A DNA stretch of 64,000 bases from Lophium mytilinum (lineage: Eukaryota): contig MU004183.1 in NCBI GenBank assembly GCA_010093605.1, forward strand, positions 2,542,001 through 2,606,000, given 5' to 3'. Both the position numbers and the translations under genes were made by a program. Position 1 is the stretch's first letter. The number at the start of each line of letters is the position of its first letter. Below are positions 38,301 to 50,295 of this stretch, one piece after another. The notes below the pieces were generated by a model. That model did no database searches and was not told the origin of the DNA. It worked only from the letters and a program-made list of their open reading frames with translations.

Positions 38301-39808
38301 ATAGATAGAAATTACTATAGATTTTATTACTAACCTACCTCCCTATATAAGAAACAGGTAAATATATACGCTTATTTTTATTATAGTTAACTAACTATCT
38401 AAGAAACGCTACTATATCCCTATAACGGGCGATATAGTAAAAGATATAACTAACGCCTTTATTTATAAGATATTCTAGTTATATAGTCTACCTAAGATTA
38501 TTATTAGTAACTGCGGCGTATAGTTTATATCTACTATATAGCGCCGCCTATATAAATACCTTAGTATTAAGCCTAAGTTTTCTACTACTTTCTATTCTAA
38601 AACTAATAGCTAGACTAAAAACGCTAACTCTATTATAAAAGCCTACCTACGTTAGTTTATTTTATATTACTAGGATAACTAGATTAACTATCTCCCCCTT
38701 AGTAAATTTACTATTAATAACTATAAATTAGCCTTAATAGGCTTTACTCCCTTCTTTACTACTTGCGGTTTCTACCTATAATTAGGTATTAAACCCTCTA
38801 TACTAGTAATAGGGCGCGCTATAGTATATAATAAGTAGCTACTAGCTAACTAACACGCTAATTAGATAAAAGAGATTCTTATAGAATGCCGCTAAGCTAT
38901 TACCTAGGCTATAGCTGCCTAAGCTTACTTTATAAATTAATATTATTAACTACTACCTTATCTTAAGGTAGATAATCTAGTCTAGCTAGATGCACGTAAT
39001 ATTAAAACCTAACGCCCTAATTACTTACTTAACTATAAGAATCTTAGCCTATTTTATATTACTAAAGTTATTAATTAGAGTTATATCTTTTATTTTAACT
39101 TTATAGAAATATTACTTAAAGAATATTATATATATAATATCTTCTATTCTTACCTACTCTATCTATTTAAACCTAGGCCTATACTAGATTAAAACCTACC
39201 GCTACCCCCGCCTATATAGGTTATTAACCCCTATAGAATAACTAATAATAAATAAGATTACGTTAATATATAGCTAATTAATTTTATTATAGATAGCTAC
39301 TAGCTGCAACGCGGCCGCTATAGATATAAACTATAATACCGCGCCTAGTATAAAGGTTATACTAAGCTATAAATATAGTAGAACTAGACTAACTTTAGTA
39401 AATATAGCGCTAATAAGCTTATTAGTAAATTCTATTACTATTACCCTAACGCCAACAGCCCTTATCTAGATTTTAGGCCTAACTCTAATTAGTAATAAGT
39501 CCTTAATAAGCGCGCGCTTATAATTTATAACGCGCGTGTTTATTAACTCTACTTATATATCTTATATAGTAATATTACAATATTATTTATAACCCTAAGA
39601 ACTAGATTCTCTACTATATCTAGCTAGCCGAGCTATCTTAATAGAAACGCCTACCTTTATAACGCCGTAAGCACGCCCCTTTCTTATGCGGTCCTTATTT
39701 AATTACTTATAACTATATTTTCTTAGTATTTTATTTTAGTCTCTCTTTATAGCTTTACTATATAGCCTTTTCTTTCTATAGCCTTTCTTCTTTATTTTAG
39801 GGGGGTAG

Positions 39809-40010
39809 TATAATAGATCTAGCTCTATATATATTATATACCCTTAGCTATATTATATAAGCCCGTGCGCTAGCGCAGTTTTACACCTCTAGCCTATATT
39901 TAGCCTGCGCCGTGTAGAACCTCTACCTCTACGCAACTTTATCTTTATAAATACACCCTATTTCTTATTTAATACCGTGCTCTATATCTTACCTCTTATA
40001 GTCTATAATA
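39809..40010 (+). repeat. 3' LTR of element B
   Basis: Follows the polypurine tract and matches 32134-32335 apart from transitions. Confidence 0.92.
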
Positions 40011-43000
40011 TATATTTCTCTATTACCTTTTATAGCTAAATAAACTTACCTCTCTATATAAAATATATAGGTAGAATATTAGCTACTTATTATAGGTTAT
40101 AAATAATATTATAATATACCTAGCTACGCGTTTTATAGAGGTACTCTAGTAGTATAAGAGCCTTAATAATTACTATATACTTAAGACCTTCTTAGATACT
40201 ATATATAAACTTAAAGGCGGCTATTTAATTTAGGGCTTTATTAATAGTATATTTTAGTACTTCTATAGGCCTATAGAGCTATAGTAGAAGTACTACTCTA
40301 GCTATAAAAAAAGTATAGAAGTAAATTAGTAGGTAATTATAATATTTAATAGTATAGTCTTATTCTTCTATAGCCTATATTATAGCCTAATAAATAACTA
40401 AATAATAGTAAAGAATTCTAAGTAAATAGAGAGATTAAAAGCTATTATAGGTAGCTAGTATACTCTCTATCTCTATAGTAATTACGTTTATTATTACTTC
40501 TTTAGTATATAGGGCCCGTAGAATATAGTAGAAGAGTATACTAGCCTTAGCTATAAATAGAAAAAGTTTAATAGAAAGCTATCTAGAGTATATATTATAG
40601 TAGAGTAATTCTTTAGTCTTAATTAAAATCTATAGATAAAAATAGCCTTCTATAAGGCTATATAGTTAGCTATATTACCTATAGTAGTATATATATAATA
40701 TATAATTCTTCTTATAAATATATATATATATTTTAATAGAAATATAGATAGTAAATAGTTTAGTATTACACTACTAATACTAGAAGACTATTTAAGGTAT
40801 AGAAGATAAAAACTAAAGCTTTTTCTTTACTTTTAAGTATAGATATATTTATTCTATATATAAAATATATAGCTATAGAGTTTAGAGTTAATTAGATATT
40901 ATTATAGTAGTTAGATAGGTAGTAATTAATTATATAGTATTAAGCTATTTACCCCTTTTCTTCTATAACTCGCGAAAATTATTTAAAATTATAATATTAT
41001 TATAATTAGATATTTAATTAAGCTTAGCTAGACTATAATAACTATTACCCGCTACTATACCTACTTTAACTACTACCTAAATTAATAGGTTATTACTATT
41101 TCCTCTACCTTCTATACTACCTTCTCTACCTTTTCTACCTTTTCTACTACCTCTATTTACTACTTCTACTACCTTATACTAGCTATAGTAGCTAGAATAG
41201 TATCTATTTAAATCTCTAACTTCTTTTTACTCTTCTCTAGTAACTATTAGAAGCTCTATTAGCTCTTCTATATTACCTTTTTAATCTAATTAAAATAAGT
41301 TAATATTAGCTAGGTATTATCTTAGCGTACCTTTTTAAGCTCTAGTAAGGCTACCTATACCTCTATTATTATACTTATTATCTTTATTAGCTAACTATCT
41401 ATAGATTCTTTTATATTCTCTTATAATATTCTTTTTCTTTCTTCTCTTAGTATTAAGGTTTATACAGGTATTATAGAAGGGCGTATAGAAGTATATATAG
41501 AGAAGCTATATATATTACTATTATTACTCTTATTATTTAATTTCTTATTAGTATACTTATTACTACTTCTACTACTACTCTTACTATTCTTATATATTAA
41601 TTTAACTCTTAGTATATACTATAGATTCTTTTAAAATATAATTTCTTTTCTTAGAATATACTCTATATTCTTCTTTACCTCTCTTTTAATACGCCGGCGC
41701 GCATTAACTATAAGAATCTATTTATCTATTATAGAGGTATACTTATTAGTATTTTAATTAACTATAGTTCTAGTTTTTAACTCCTCTAGCTAAGCTTAAT
41801 ATTTCTTTATTATCTTAGGTATAAATTTCTTTATATTCTTAAAGAATATACCTATTTTTTCTAGTAACTTCTTCTATACTATTTTCTATATAGTTTTCTT
41901 TTAAGCTTTACTCTAGATATTACTTAAGATATAGAGGATTTTAAAGAGCTTTATAGCCTATAGCTAAGTAAGTAGAGTATTTCTTTTAGCCTAATTCTTC
42001 TCTTTCTTCTACTTCTTTATAGCCTTCTTAGCGGTATTAGCTACTGCCTTTTTATTAGCCTTTTTCTTATTCTTAGTAGCCTTAGCCTTTAATTTAGCCT
42101 CTTTCTTCTACTTTTTAATAGCTATATTATATATATAGAGGTCCTCTATATACTACTAATTCTTAGTATAGAAGCGCCTCTTTATTTTCTTATCTATATA
42201 CTTTTTCTACTTTAGAAATTATCTTTTTTTAGTAGGTTTTATAAGAGAGGGCGCCTTAATTATAGCTATAGTAGAATTACTAGGCGTAGAGAATTTAGTA
42301 AGCTCTAGCGTAAAAAGTAGAGAAACTCTAGCTAATAGTATAGTAGTAAGCTCTATAGTAGGTTATATAGTAGGCTATATAGTCTTACTATTTTACTTAG
42401 CTTATCTATTTAGCTTCTTAGCCCTTTTATTTTATATTATCTAATATATAGGCAGGTATTATATAGGCTAAGTAATTATCTAATATATAGATAGATATAT
42501 AGGCTAAGTAAAATAGTAAGGCTATATAAAATAAGAAGAAAAATAGTAAGTATATATAGATTTATTAGCTAATAGCCCTATAGAAAATTCTATTATATTT
42601 AAGTTACCTAGTATCTAACGCTATTATATAGAGCTTTTAATTTAGTATAGAATAGCCTAATCTATTAATTACTAAGATATTAGGAAATAGCTAGTAAAAT
42701 TAACGCCTAGAGTTAATATATATAAGGGCGTATTTCTATATATAATAGCTAGTATACTACCTTACTCTCTTTAAGCTATAGCCTATTATTTAGTAAGCCT
42801 CTTAGTATAGTATTATTTAAGAAAGTCCTCTATTTACTATAAAATTTATATATAGTATAAATAATAGCATGCCTAGAATTAATATATAAGAAATTTAATA
42901 AGCCTATAGATATATAAATAAGGCTAGCTATCTAACTATTTAAAATATTTAAATAATAGTAGCTTATTTATATATAGGCGTATAGTATAGGGTATAGTAT

Positions 43001-44070
43001 TAAAAGAAAGAGAATTATAGAGATTAGCTATAAGTATAGCCTAAAGAAGCTATATTATATTAAAGTTATAGGCTAATATTTCTCTAGCTATATATAGTTA
43101 AAATAGTAAAAATTTTAATAAGAAACCTTAAGTTTTTATAAAGAACTTAAGGTTTCTTAGTAATCTTACTCTCTTACTATATACAGTTAGGTACGCTTAA
43201 AATAGCTAATCTAATTACTAAGATTAAGCGATTTTCAGACGGAAGGCCCGCTGTACAAAGGCTCTTTTTACCGCGCCCGAGCTACGCCAGAACTAGAGAA
43301 GCTGGGTATGCACGTACTTCACCAAGTTGACTTGGTGGTTTCGTTCAGCACCGTTCTGCTGATTAATGCATACTAGGTCGATCTAAAATGCAAGACTTGA
43401 ACGGCCTTCTCAAGTCCGGTTCGTGGAAGATTGCTTGGCACTTGCCTGTAAAGAATATGACGAAGCCAAATCACTTATAATACTTTGCTCGCGACTTCCT
43501 TCCATTTCCAAAGCCCTCCCCCATCATGCTAGACAGGCACCATGTCGCCATCCTTGCCGCTGCTGCTGAGCTATTGCATTCGTGAAAGTATGGCGATGCC
43601 GGCGTGAGCACTGCCAACGCCGGCCGTTTGTCTCCCGCTTAGCTGGTTGTTGTTAGGGGTCCTGAGCTGTGGCTGAGCTGGGGTGAATGGGTTCCGAGGC
43701 GAGGGTGAGCAACCCGGGCGGGGGTTAGGGCCTATATCTACAAGGGGAAGGCGCAAGGCTCCAGTCGCACGTGGCGCCGCGGAGGTCGGCAAGGCGCGAA
43801 GTCTTGCCCTAACAACTTTTTATCTCGTGCACGCCTTTGAAACTGGAGGATTCCCGACTGTGAACTCTACTGAAATCTGTCTCTGACTTCCCCTCGACTT
43901 TCAAATATGGCATATTATGCACCAAAAGTTTTGGAAACGATCAGCATTGACCCTATTGGTCAACAGGCACTGCACAGCCACGTCTGTGCGGTGACCGAGA
44001 TCATAAAGTTCTGCATCCCCCTCAGCCTGATTCCTTGAAGCAAATTCCCAACCGACTCGTTTGCTCCAAG

Positions 44071-45615
44071 ATGCTACCATACGACTGGGAGACTGATCCC
44101 TGGAACTGGCTGGAGCATCGATCAGGATACAGTTGTCTCAGACTGGACTATTCCTCGCTCGACTGGAACCGCGCATATGGAGAGCGCCGACGAGCTGGCC
44201 TCCGGCTGGTCAGAATCGAACCGGGTGCTGCTCAAGATCCTCTACGATGCAGCTTGATATCGCTAGATTTCGAATCCATAGTAGCCGAAGGTCCAGACAA
44301 GGAGAAGGAAAATGCTTACGAGGCCATTTCCTATGTATGGGGTTCTACCGACGACCTCGTGCCGGTTCGCTGCAAAACGGACGGACTGGAGCTCGATTTT
44401 AGCTACAGTTGGATTGCCATCACCAAGAACTGTGCGGAAGTGATCAGACATCTCAGACTTTTGAACAAACCTCGTCAGGTGTGGATTGACGCCATATGCA
44501 TCGACCAAGCCGACGCAGCTGACCGCGCTCATTACGTTCGCCGGATGCACCACATCTACCGCGATGCTGAAAGAGTGACTATTGTCCTTCCCAACTATAT
44601 GAAAGCTTTTGGGCAGTACTGGGCTGAGTCGGAACCCGGTCTCTGGATATTCACGCATCCCTACTTTACCAGAATATGGATACTTCAGGAAGTGTTCTGG
44701 GGACGGAATCCAGTTATCTATGCTGGCCAGCACGAGCTCCAATGGTCAGAAGTATGCAGTCTTTATCATCCAAGACTACAGAGAATACAGAGAGATTCAT
44801 TCCTGTCTAAGGAAGCACAAATATCGGTAGAACTTGTGCTTGCAATGGGAACGGCTACAACCAAGTCAATATCTAGAGATAGCAAGCGGAATTCGCTATT
44901 GGAACTCTACCGGATGAGCAAGGCTTTTGAGGCGACCGACCAGCGCGATAAGCTCATTGCCTTAATATCGATGGCGACGGACGTCACACCGCAGATGGAA
45001 GCCATTCTGGTCGACTATACGGTAGCATACGACGTTCTTCTTCGCAGGTTTGCAGCGGCGATATGTTTTCGCTCTCTGAAAATTATGCCTGGAATCGAAA
45101 GGGGCATTGACATGCGAGAGCGTCGCCAAGACTGCATGAACAAGATTGACAAATTCATGGCACTCTCAACGATCGAGTCATCCGATCTCATCAAAATGCT
45201 ATGCCTGCGGACTGCCGAACGATATGTTTGCGGTCTCGAAAACGATGAGGCCAGTATTCGACAAAACATTAGTGCCTTCTTCAGTGAAGAATTCTCGCTC
45301 TCGCTTCGACGGCCTTTGCGTTCGATATTTGCTTTAGGTGTTGGTGTATTAGCGTTCGGGGCAGTCATGTGTTTCGGGATTGATCGATTGGATAGTCATC
45401 GCTCTCCCGGCTCACAGTCTCGAAAGATGACTGTATCTGAACTCCTGGGTATCATTGAAGAATCGAAGGCTCTTGTACAAGCAGCAAGTTCAGATGACCA
45501 GGTCAGTAAATTTCTCGACGCACCACCTTATGACAGCTCTGACTATCCTAGACCTTCAGCCAGCTGCAGCGTAAAGGCCAGACCGCAAATCCTACAGCAA
45601 GAGATGAAAGAATAG
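44071..45615 (+). CDS. HET-domain protein (HET-6-like)
   Basis: Motifs YEAISYVWG, ITKNC...LR, VWIDAICIDQ, MHHIYRDAERV, YFTRIWILQE, ATDQRDKLIAL. First ATG at 44071. The 3' exon structure is uncertain. Confidence 0.88.
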   Translation: MLPYDWETDPWNWLEHRSGYSCLRLDYSSLDWNRAYGERRRAGLRLVRIEPGAAQDPLRCSLISLDFESIVAEGPDKEKENAYEAISYVWGSTDDLVPVRCKTDGLELDFSYSWIAITKNCAEVIRHLRLLNKPRQVWIDAICIDQADAADRAHYVRRMHHIYRDAERVTIVLPNYMKAFGQYWAESEPGLWIFTHPYFTRIWILQEVFWGRNPVIYAGQHELQWSEVCSLYHPRLQRIQRDSFLSKEAQISVELVLAMGTATTKSISRDSKRNSLLELYRMSKAFEATDQRDKLIALISMATDVTPQMEAILVDYTVAYDVLLRRFAAAICFRSLKIMPGIERGIDMRERRQDCMNKIDKFMALSTIESSDLIKMLCLRTAERYVCGLENDEASIRQNISAFFSEEFSLSLRRPLRSIFALGVGVLAFGAVMCFGIDRLDSHRSPGSQSRKMTVSELLGIIEESKALVQAASSDDQVSKFLDAPPYDSSDYPRPSASCSVKARPQILQQEMKE

Positions 45616-47033
45616 AAGATAAGACAACCGTCAGAGTCGTTATTATGACCGACCAGCATTTAGACCTGTACCTGGTGCCCGGTGATGTCAATGCTTTCCA
45701 CCGTCGTTGTAAAAGAGCCTGGGTCGACTTCAACTATGACCCTAGAAATCACCAGAGTGATCCAATTCCGCTTCTGCTCCGCGAGTCATGGACAGGGCTC
45801 GGTCGAGATAAGGTCCTTGGGCCGTTCTACGATATTGAACCTTTGTCCAGATGCTGGCATGTACCACTAGTCAAACATATTGATTCGAAACCCTCCAGGG
45901 CTTCGAGACCCCCTAACACTATCTCAATAGTCCGTGAGTAGTATCAATGAAAGGATGGTCTATACTAGTAGAGCTAATAACATCTTCTAGACTGGGATGG
46001 CCAAACAACGAGCTTTGTACCCCAAGCCCAGAGCATTTGACCGTCATGACGCACTGACGAGCAGACCAAACGCAAACACATATTTCTGGGGCCCTCTCCC
46101 ACCACTGCATCTTTTCAGCACTCCATGGTTCCACTGTACCGAGACGGCGAAGAGCTCGAGACAGCGCGATATCATGTTCATGCCACGACCTCATACATTA
46201 CTACGCAGCGGGTCGCCTCATCAAAACTCGTCACCGGGACTCCGATCGCGAAGTTGATAATTATCGGCCATTTTCTATGCTTTTCCGCTCTTAGAATACC
46301 CCTCTTGCACCCTCCCAACGAACGGGCATAATGCTACAAAACAGTGGCATGATTACGGCACCAACACATGCGCAACTTTCACCGTCAGCCGGGATCATAC
46401 GTGAAGGGAAAATCAACGCAAATGTTTCCACGCCACCATGATACTTCAGAGAGCACAGTTGCGTCCCCAATCGGTATGTAAGCCTTGGAATGAAAGAAAA
46501 CCCCTTGCAGATCTCCCCGCCGGCCCGTCGCCAAGTGTCTGAACGATACGTTCGTGCGACTTTCCAAGAAGGCCAAGAGCGGAAATGCGAACCTGCCACG
46601 ATCCTGTGGGGTATGTTTCTAGCCTAAGGCGCACTATAACTGCTCAAGTGGTAAGCTTGAGGTGGGTCGTGTTTCATTCTTCGCTTCCGATGAGCCTTTG
46701 CCAGTTACGTTGGACGCGCAATGGTGAAAGCTGGAGATGAGTTCGGTCTCCATCTCGTGACAAGAAAGTTGCTTGCAGTCTCGATGGGTGAATAATAACG
46801 GTAAAGCGAAGCAGACGTCTTGGAGTTTGGGAAGTGGCTATGCTAAAGGCCAAGATAGGCGAAAATACGAGAGAATATGTTGGCTTCTTCGCTGAGGTGT
46901 GGGGGCCAGAAGCCCGCATATGCAACCTGATGCGGGTCGATATGCAACACATAGATGGACCGATGGCACCTGACACCTTGATGTTTCAGGCCTTTCAAAG
47001 TTGGATTGGCCAATCTCATAGCTAACTTGAGCT

Positions 47034-48692
47034 TCAAATGTTCCTCAGCCCGCGAATCTCCCTCCTTTCCCGACGCTTGACCTCCAAGCCTATACGTCGC
47101 CTTTCCTCATCCTCCTTGCTTCGTACGCGCCATCTGCTTTCGAACTTCGAGTTTGCTGCAATACGGTCTTCCCATATCGAAGTCCTCCGCTTACCGAGTT
47201 CTTGTATCTTGAAGAGTTTCATTCTTATAGCCCGTCTAGTCAATCTTCTGATCCCCTCAACTTCGCTCACATAGGCTTCTCTTTCTGCCCCACTCAATGA
47301 GGCCTCAATGGTGTCCCGTGAACGCTCTGTCGCTTCGAGCTGGTCTACGTCGGCTCGAATTTGGAGAAATTTTCTCGCTAAATCACTCACATCTCTCGCT
47401 AATACCCCCGCATCTGTATGTAGAATTAGTATTTCATTTGCCCACTCCACCTCCTTTAGCCCTTCCTGAGCCCTCTCCGTCTCTTGGTGGAATGTCCTAT
47501 CGCAAATTTTACGCCATTCGTCGCGGCTCATAGTGTCTGGGGATAGCTGGATGTCTTGCGTGCATAGTTCCCGGCTACGCATCTTCTTGTACATCGCATA
47601 ATGGTCATGCAAGTGGACGCGGTACCAATATTCGAGACGCTCAAGGTTCGAGACCACGAATTGCTGAGTGTATATCAGGCCTAGAACATGTTGCCGCTCA
47701 ATATCAGTCGGCGGTTCCAGGAAAGATGTTACGTCTTGAGTTGTTTGCTCTCCTGACACTCGCCCACTGCAAGCGAGGTTGATCTTCCATCCTTTTTCGC
47801 GAAGCTCAAATAACATAGGCGACATGTGTCTTAGCTCTGGAAATTCCGGCATGTGTGGACATGCGATTTCCACTGTGAGCTCTCTCTTCTCAGGCTGGTG
47901 CAACGTGCTTAGGTTCCCAAGGAGATATCGTATGTGGTTACGGAGTTTCCATTCCGTCTCCAACTCTCTTATACATTTTCTCTCGTAGTAAAGGTCTGGT
48001 CCCCACCATCTTGGCAACTCATATAATGTCGTGCTACAGGCGTTGCCCAACCCGTACCCTTCCTGGATCCAAAGGCGCCGAACGAGGGTCCTCGCAACGA
48101 TTCCTAGTCCAAATACATCCTCGTGGAGGAAGGCCCATATCTCCGTGCGCGAGATGTGTTCAAATCGGAATAAGACAGCCTTATAGAACTCTTCCAAGGC
48201 CTCTGTCGCAATTTGTCTTCCGACATACGCGGGAAACAGATAGCGGGGTCGACCCATCATTTGCGCTGTCTCTATTCGCTTGGGATAAAAGCCGGATTGA
48301 ATTCGAACACTTTCGGGGAACACTGCTTTGTATATGAGGTCTCGGAGCTCACGGGGCAAGACTTCGAGAAACCTCTTTGCGAGATGTAGGGAGGCAGCTC
48401 GATCTGAAGCGTATGCGTTCCTGAGTAGCTTTCTGTAGCGTATTAGGAGTGAAGATTTGGGAGGGGAGGGATGGAGAATGTTGCGGGATTCTATACAAGT
48501 TGTTTTCGTGAGTGAACTGCCCCTCTGGTCTATTTTCTGATAGACTGCTGGTATTCGCACTATCGCTTTGCGGGCTATATGGCGTTAAATCGATGGTAAA
48601 TCGAGCGCCTGAGGACTAAATTCTCACCTAGCTACCCTCTTTCTTGAGGGCTGCAGCTTCTTTTCTTCTTTAAATTCATGTGGCCGCTTCAT
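47034..48692 (-). CDS. F-box-like (LPRELRD) family protein with C-terminal coiled coil, 3 exons
   Basis: ATG 48692. Introns 48575-48627 and 48433-48496 give ...HENNL|KLLRNAY...LPRELRDLIY...FPAYVG...EALEEFY...DVFGLG. Paralog at 59914. Confidence 0.75.
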
Positions 48693-49388
48693 CTTGAAAG
48701 TGGTGTTGTGTGAAGATGAAATTTAAGAGTGCGAGGTGGGATGCTAAAAGGTGTGAAAAGAACACGTAGGCTTGAATAAATGTCCCGTGGATGAGCTATC
48801 TCGTTCTGTGGTTCGCTACCAGATTCTGTTTTCCGCAACCTCCAACCTTATTTCTAGAACTACAGGTCATGCGCACTATTTTATCAATATGCCAGGGGCG
48901 TCTCCAAGGTATAATAGGATGCGCAATCAAACAATCATAGAGTTCAGATGTCGCATTGATAGTCAAACAATGGACCAAAAGACCTGTCTGATGTCGTCGG
49001 CCTAAATCGCAGGCCCAAAGCAGTTACATCACCTAAATCTACTTGCAGACCTTGCCTGAGGCGCCAGCCTGGTCTTTCGGCGTCCGCAATGCGACAACGA
49101 AACTGAAGCGATTCTAAAGGTCAGCCAAATTCAGGGGATTTATGCTAGCTCTTACCGTAGTTCTGATATACACTTTCAAGAACTTTACATCATGTAGATC
49201 TTCTGATCAACCGTGTTGGGGGTGTCTTTAACCTATATCAGAGTGCGCAATCTAATCACGAGGCAGCTCCGATTACAAACACTAGTCACATCGCACTAAT
49301 GTATGGGTCGTGATCTCATTGCATTGGAGCACAGCTAGATATTAACCCGATCGTTCAACCATTCTGACACCAGTGATCACCTTCACGC

Positions 49389-50295
49389 CTACTCCGACTC
49401 GGCGATCTCGCTGCCAGAAACCTCCCAAACACCGCCCGAAAGCCGACGGTCACGTCCAGTGAAGACGTCTATGACCCGCTGTACGAGCTCTCCTGGGTCT
49501 CGGTCGTTGTGGAGGTCGAAATCGCGGCTGACTTCGATCGTTAGTGCCACCAGGTTCGCCGCCTCGACGCTCCCCAGACCGTTGATGTAGTCTTGGGTTA
49601 TATTGGCGCGGATGAGGTGGACGATTCCGCCTCGGAATATCAGAGCTGTAATCTGGGCCTGAATCAGCTTGTGCTCCAACGAGTTGGATTTGTGAGTATG
49701 ACGTACCAGGTAAGATGGCTTCGCCTTACCCATCGCGCGGAGTTGTGCGTGGTGCGCGCACGCCGCGGAGACGAGGAGCTGGGCCTCAGACGGAGGAACG
49801 GTGCCGGACGTGTGCTCGCTGTTGGAGGAGGCTAGGCACTTTGTATCGAGTTAGCTACAGGTTCTGTAAGGTCGCGAACATGGAAGGACCGTACCTGAAC
49901 GGGTAGTAGCTTGCCGCTGACCTGTCTCTCCATCACGATGTGTGTGCCGCCGGTGAAGACCGTCGCGTTCTGGTTCCATTTCCGGCTGATTTCTGGACCC
50001 AAGCTAAAGCGTCGGTCAGCCAAGGTCTAGATAGAGTACTTCGTGTATAAGAGTTGACTTACTGGACCTCAAGGTCGCCATTCAAGTTGTCGATGATGAT
50101 TTTGGCAGCCTTTAGGAGTAGCTCTTCGGCAAATTCGAGCACCTCGGGGTGGGCTTCTGGTGGGATCATGACTCCGCCGGAATCGTCGTCTTCGGCTGCG
50201 GACGTGAGGTCGGTAGATGTCTGAGCCTGATTGCGCATGTTGTTAGTTGACTGCATCTGAGCCTTTTTCTGGCGACGACGCGCGGGACCGGCCAT
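49389..50295 (-). CDS. multi-exon hypothetical protein, possibly degenerate PD-(D/E)XK-like fold
   Basis: Canonical introns 50004-50062 (GTAAGT...GCTGAC...TAG) and 49839-49894 (GTACGG...GCTAAC...AAG) join three short ORFs in frame: ...SEAQLLVSAACAHH...ITALIFRGGIVHLIRANITQDYINGL...SRDFDL. Confidence 0.55.

Larger units (their letters stand above)
32134..40010 (+). mobile_element. full-length Ty3/Gypsy chromovirus LTR retrotransposon B (different family, RIP-inactivated)
   Basis: 202-bp LTRs at 32134-32335 and 39809-40010. TSD TATAT/TATAT. PPT aggggggtag before the 3' LTR. RT YLD(D)ILIY at about 36547, RNase H CNYKIY(D)KELL at about 37115, integrase region about 38100-38800, chromodomain remnant about 39260-39470. 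Confidence 0.93.
21000..43230. other. AT-rich RIP-mutated transposon island
   Basis: Strong TpA excess and CpA/TpG depletion. No ORF of 60 aa or more between 21535 and 43571. Gradual left edge and sharper right edge. Confidence 0.95.

Noticed and set aside
41000..42500. Lys/Ala/Glu-rich coding-like relic on the minus strand in the RIP island
   Set aside because: Too mutated to assign a frame or family by eye.
45919..47030. Several short ORFs and a possible GTATGT donor
   Set aside because: No consistent gene model or recognisable motif.
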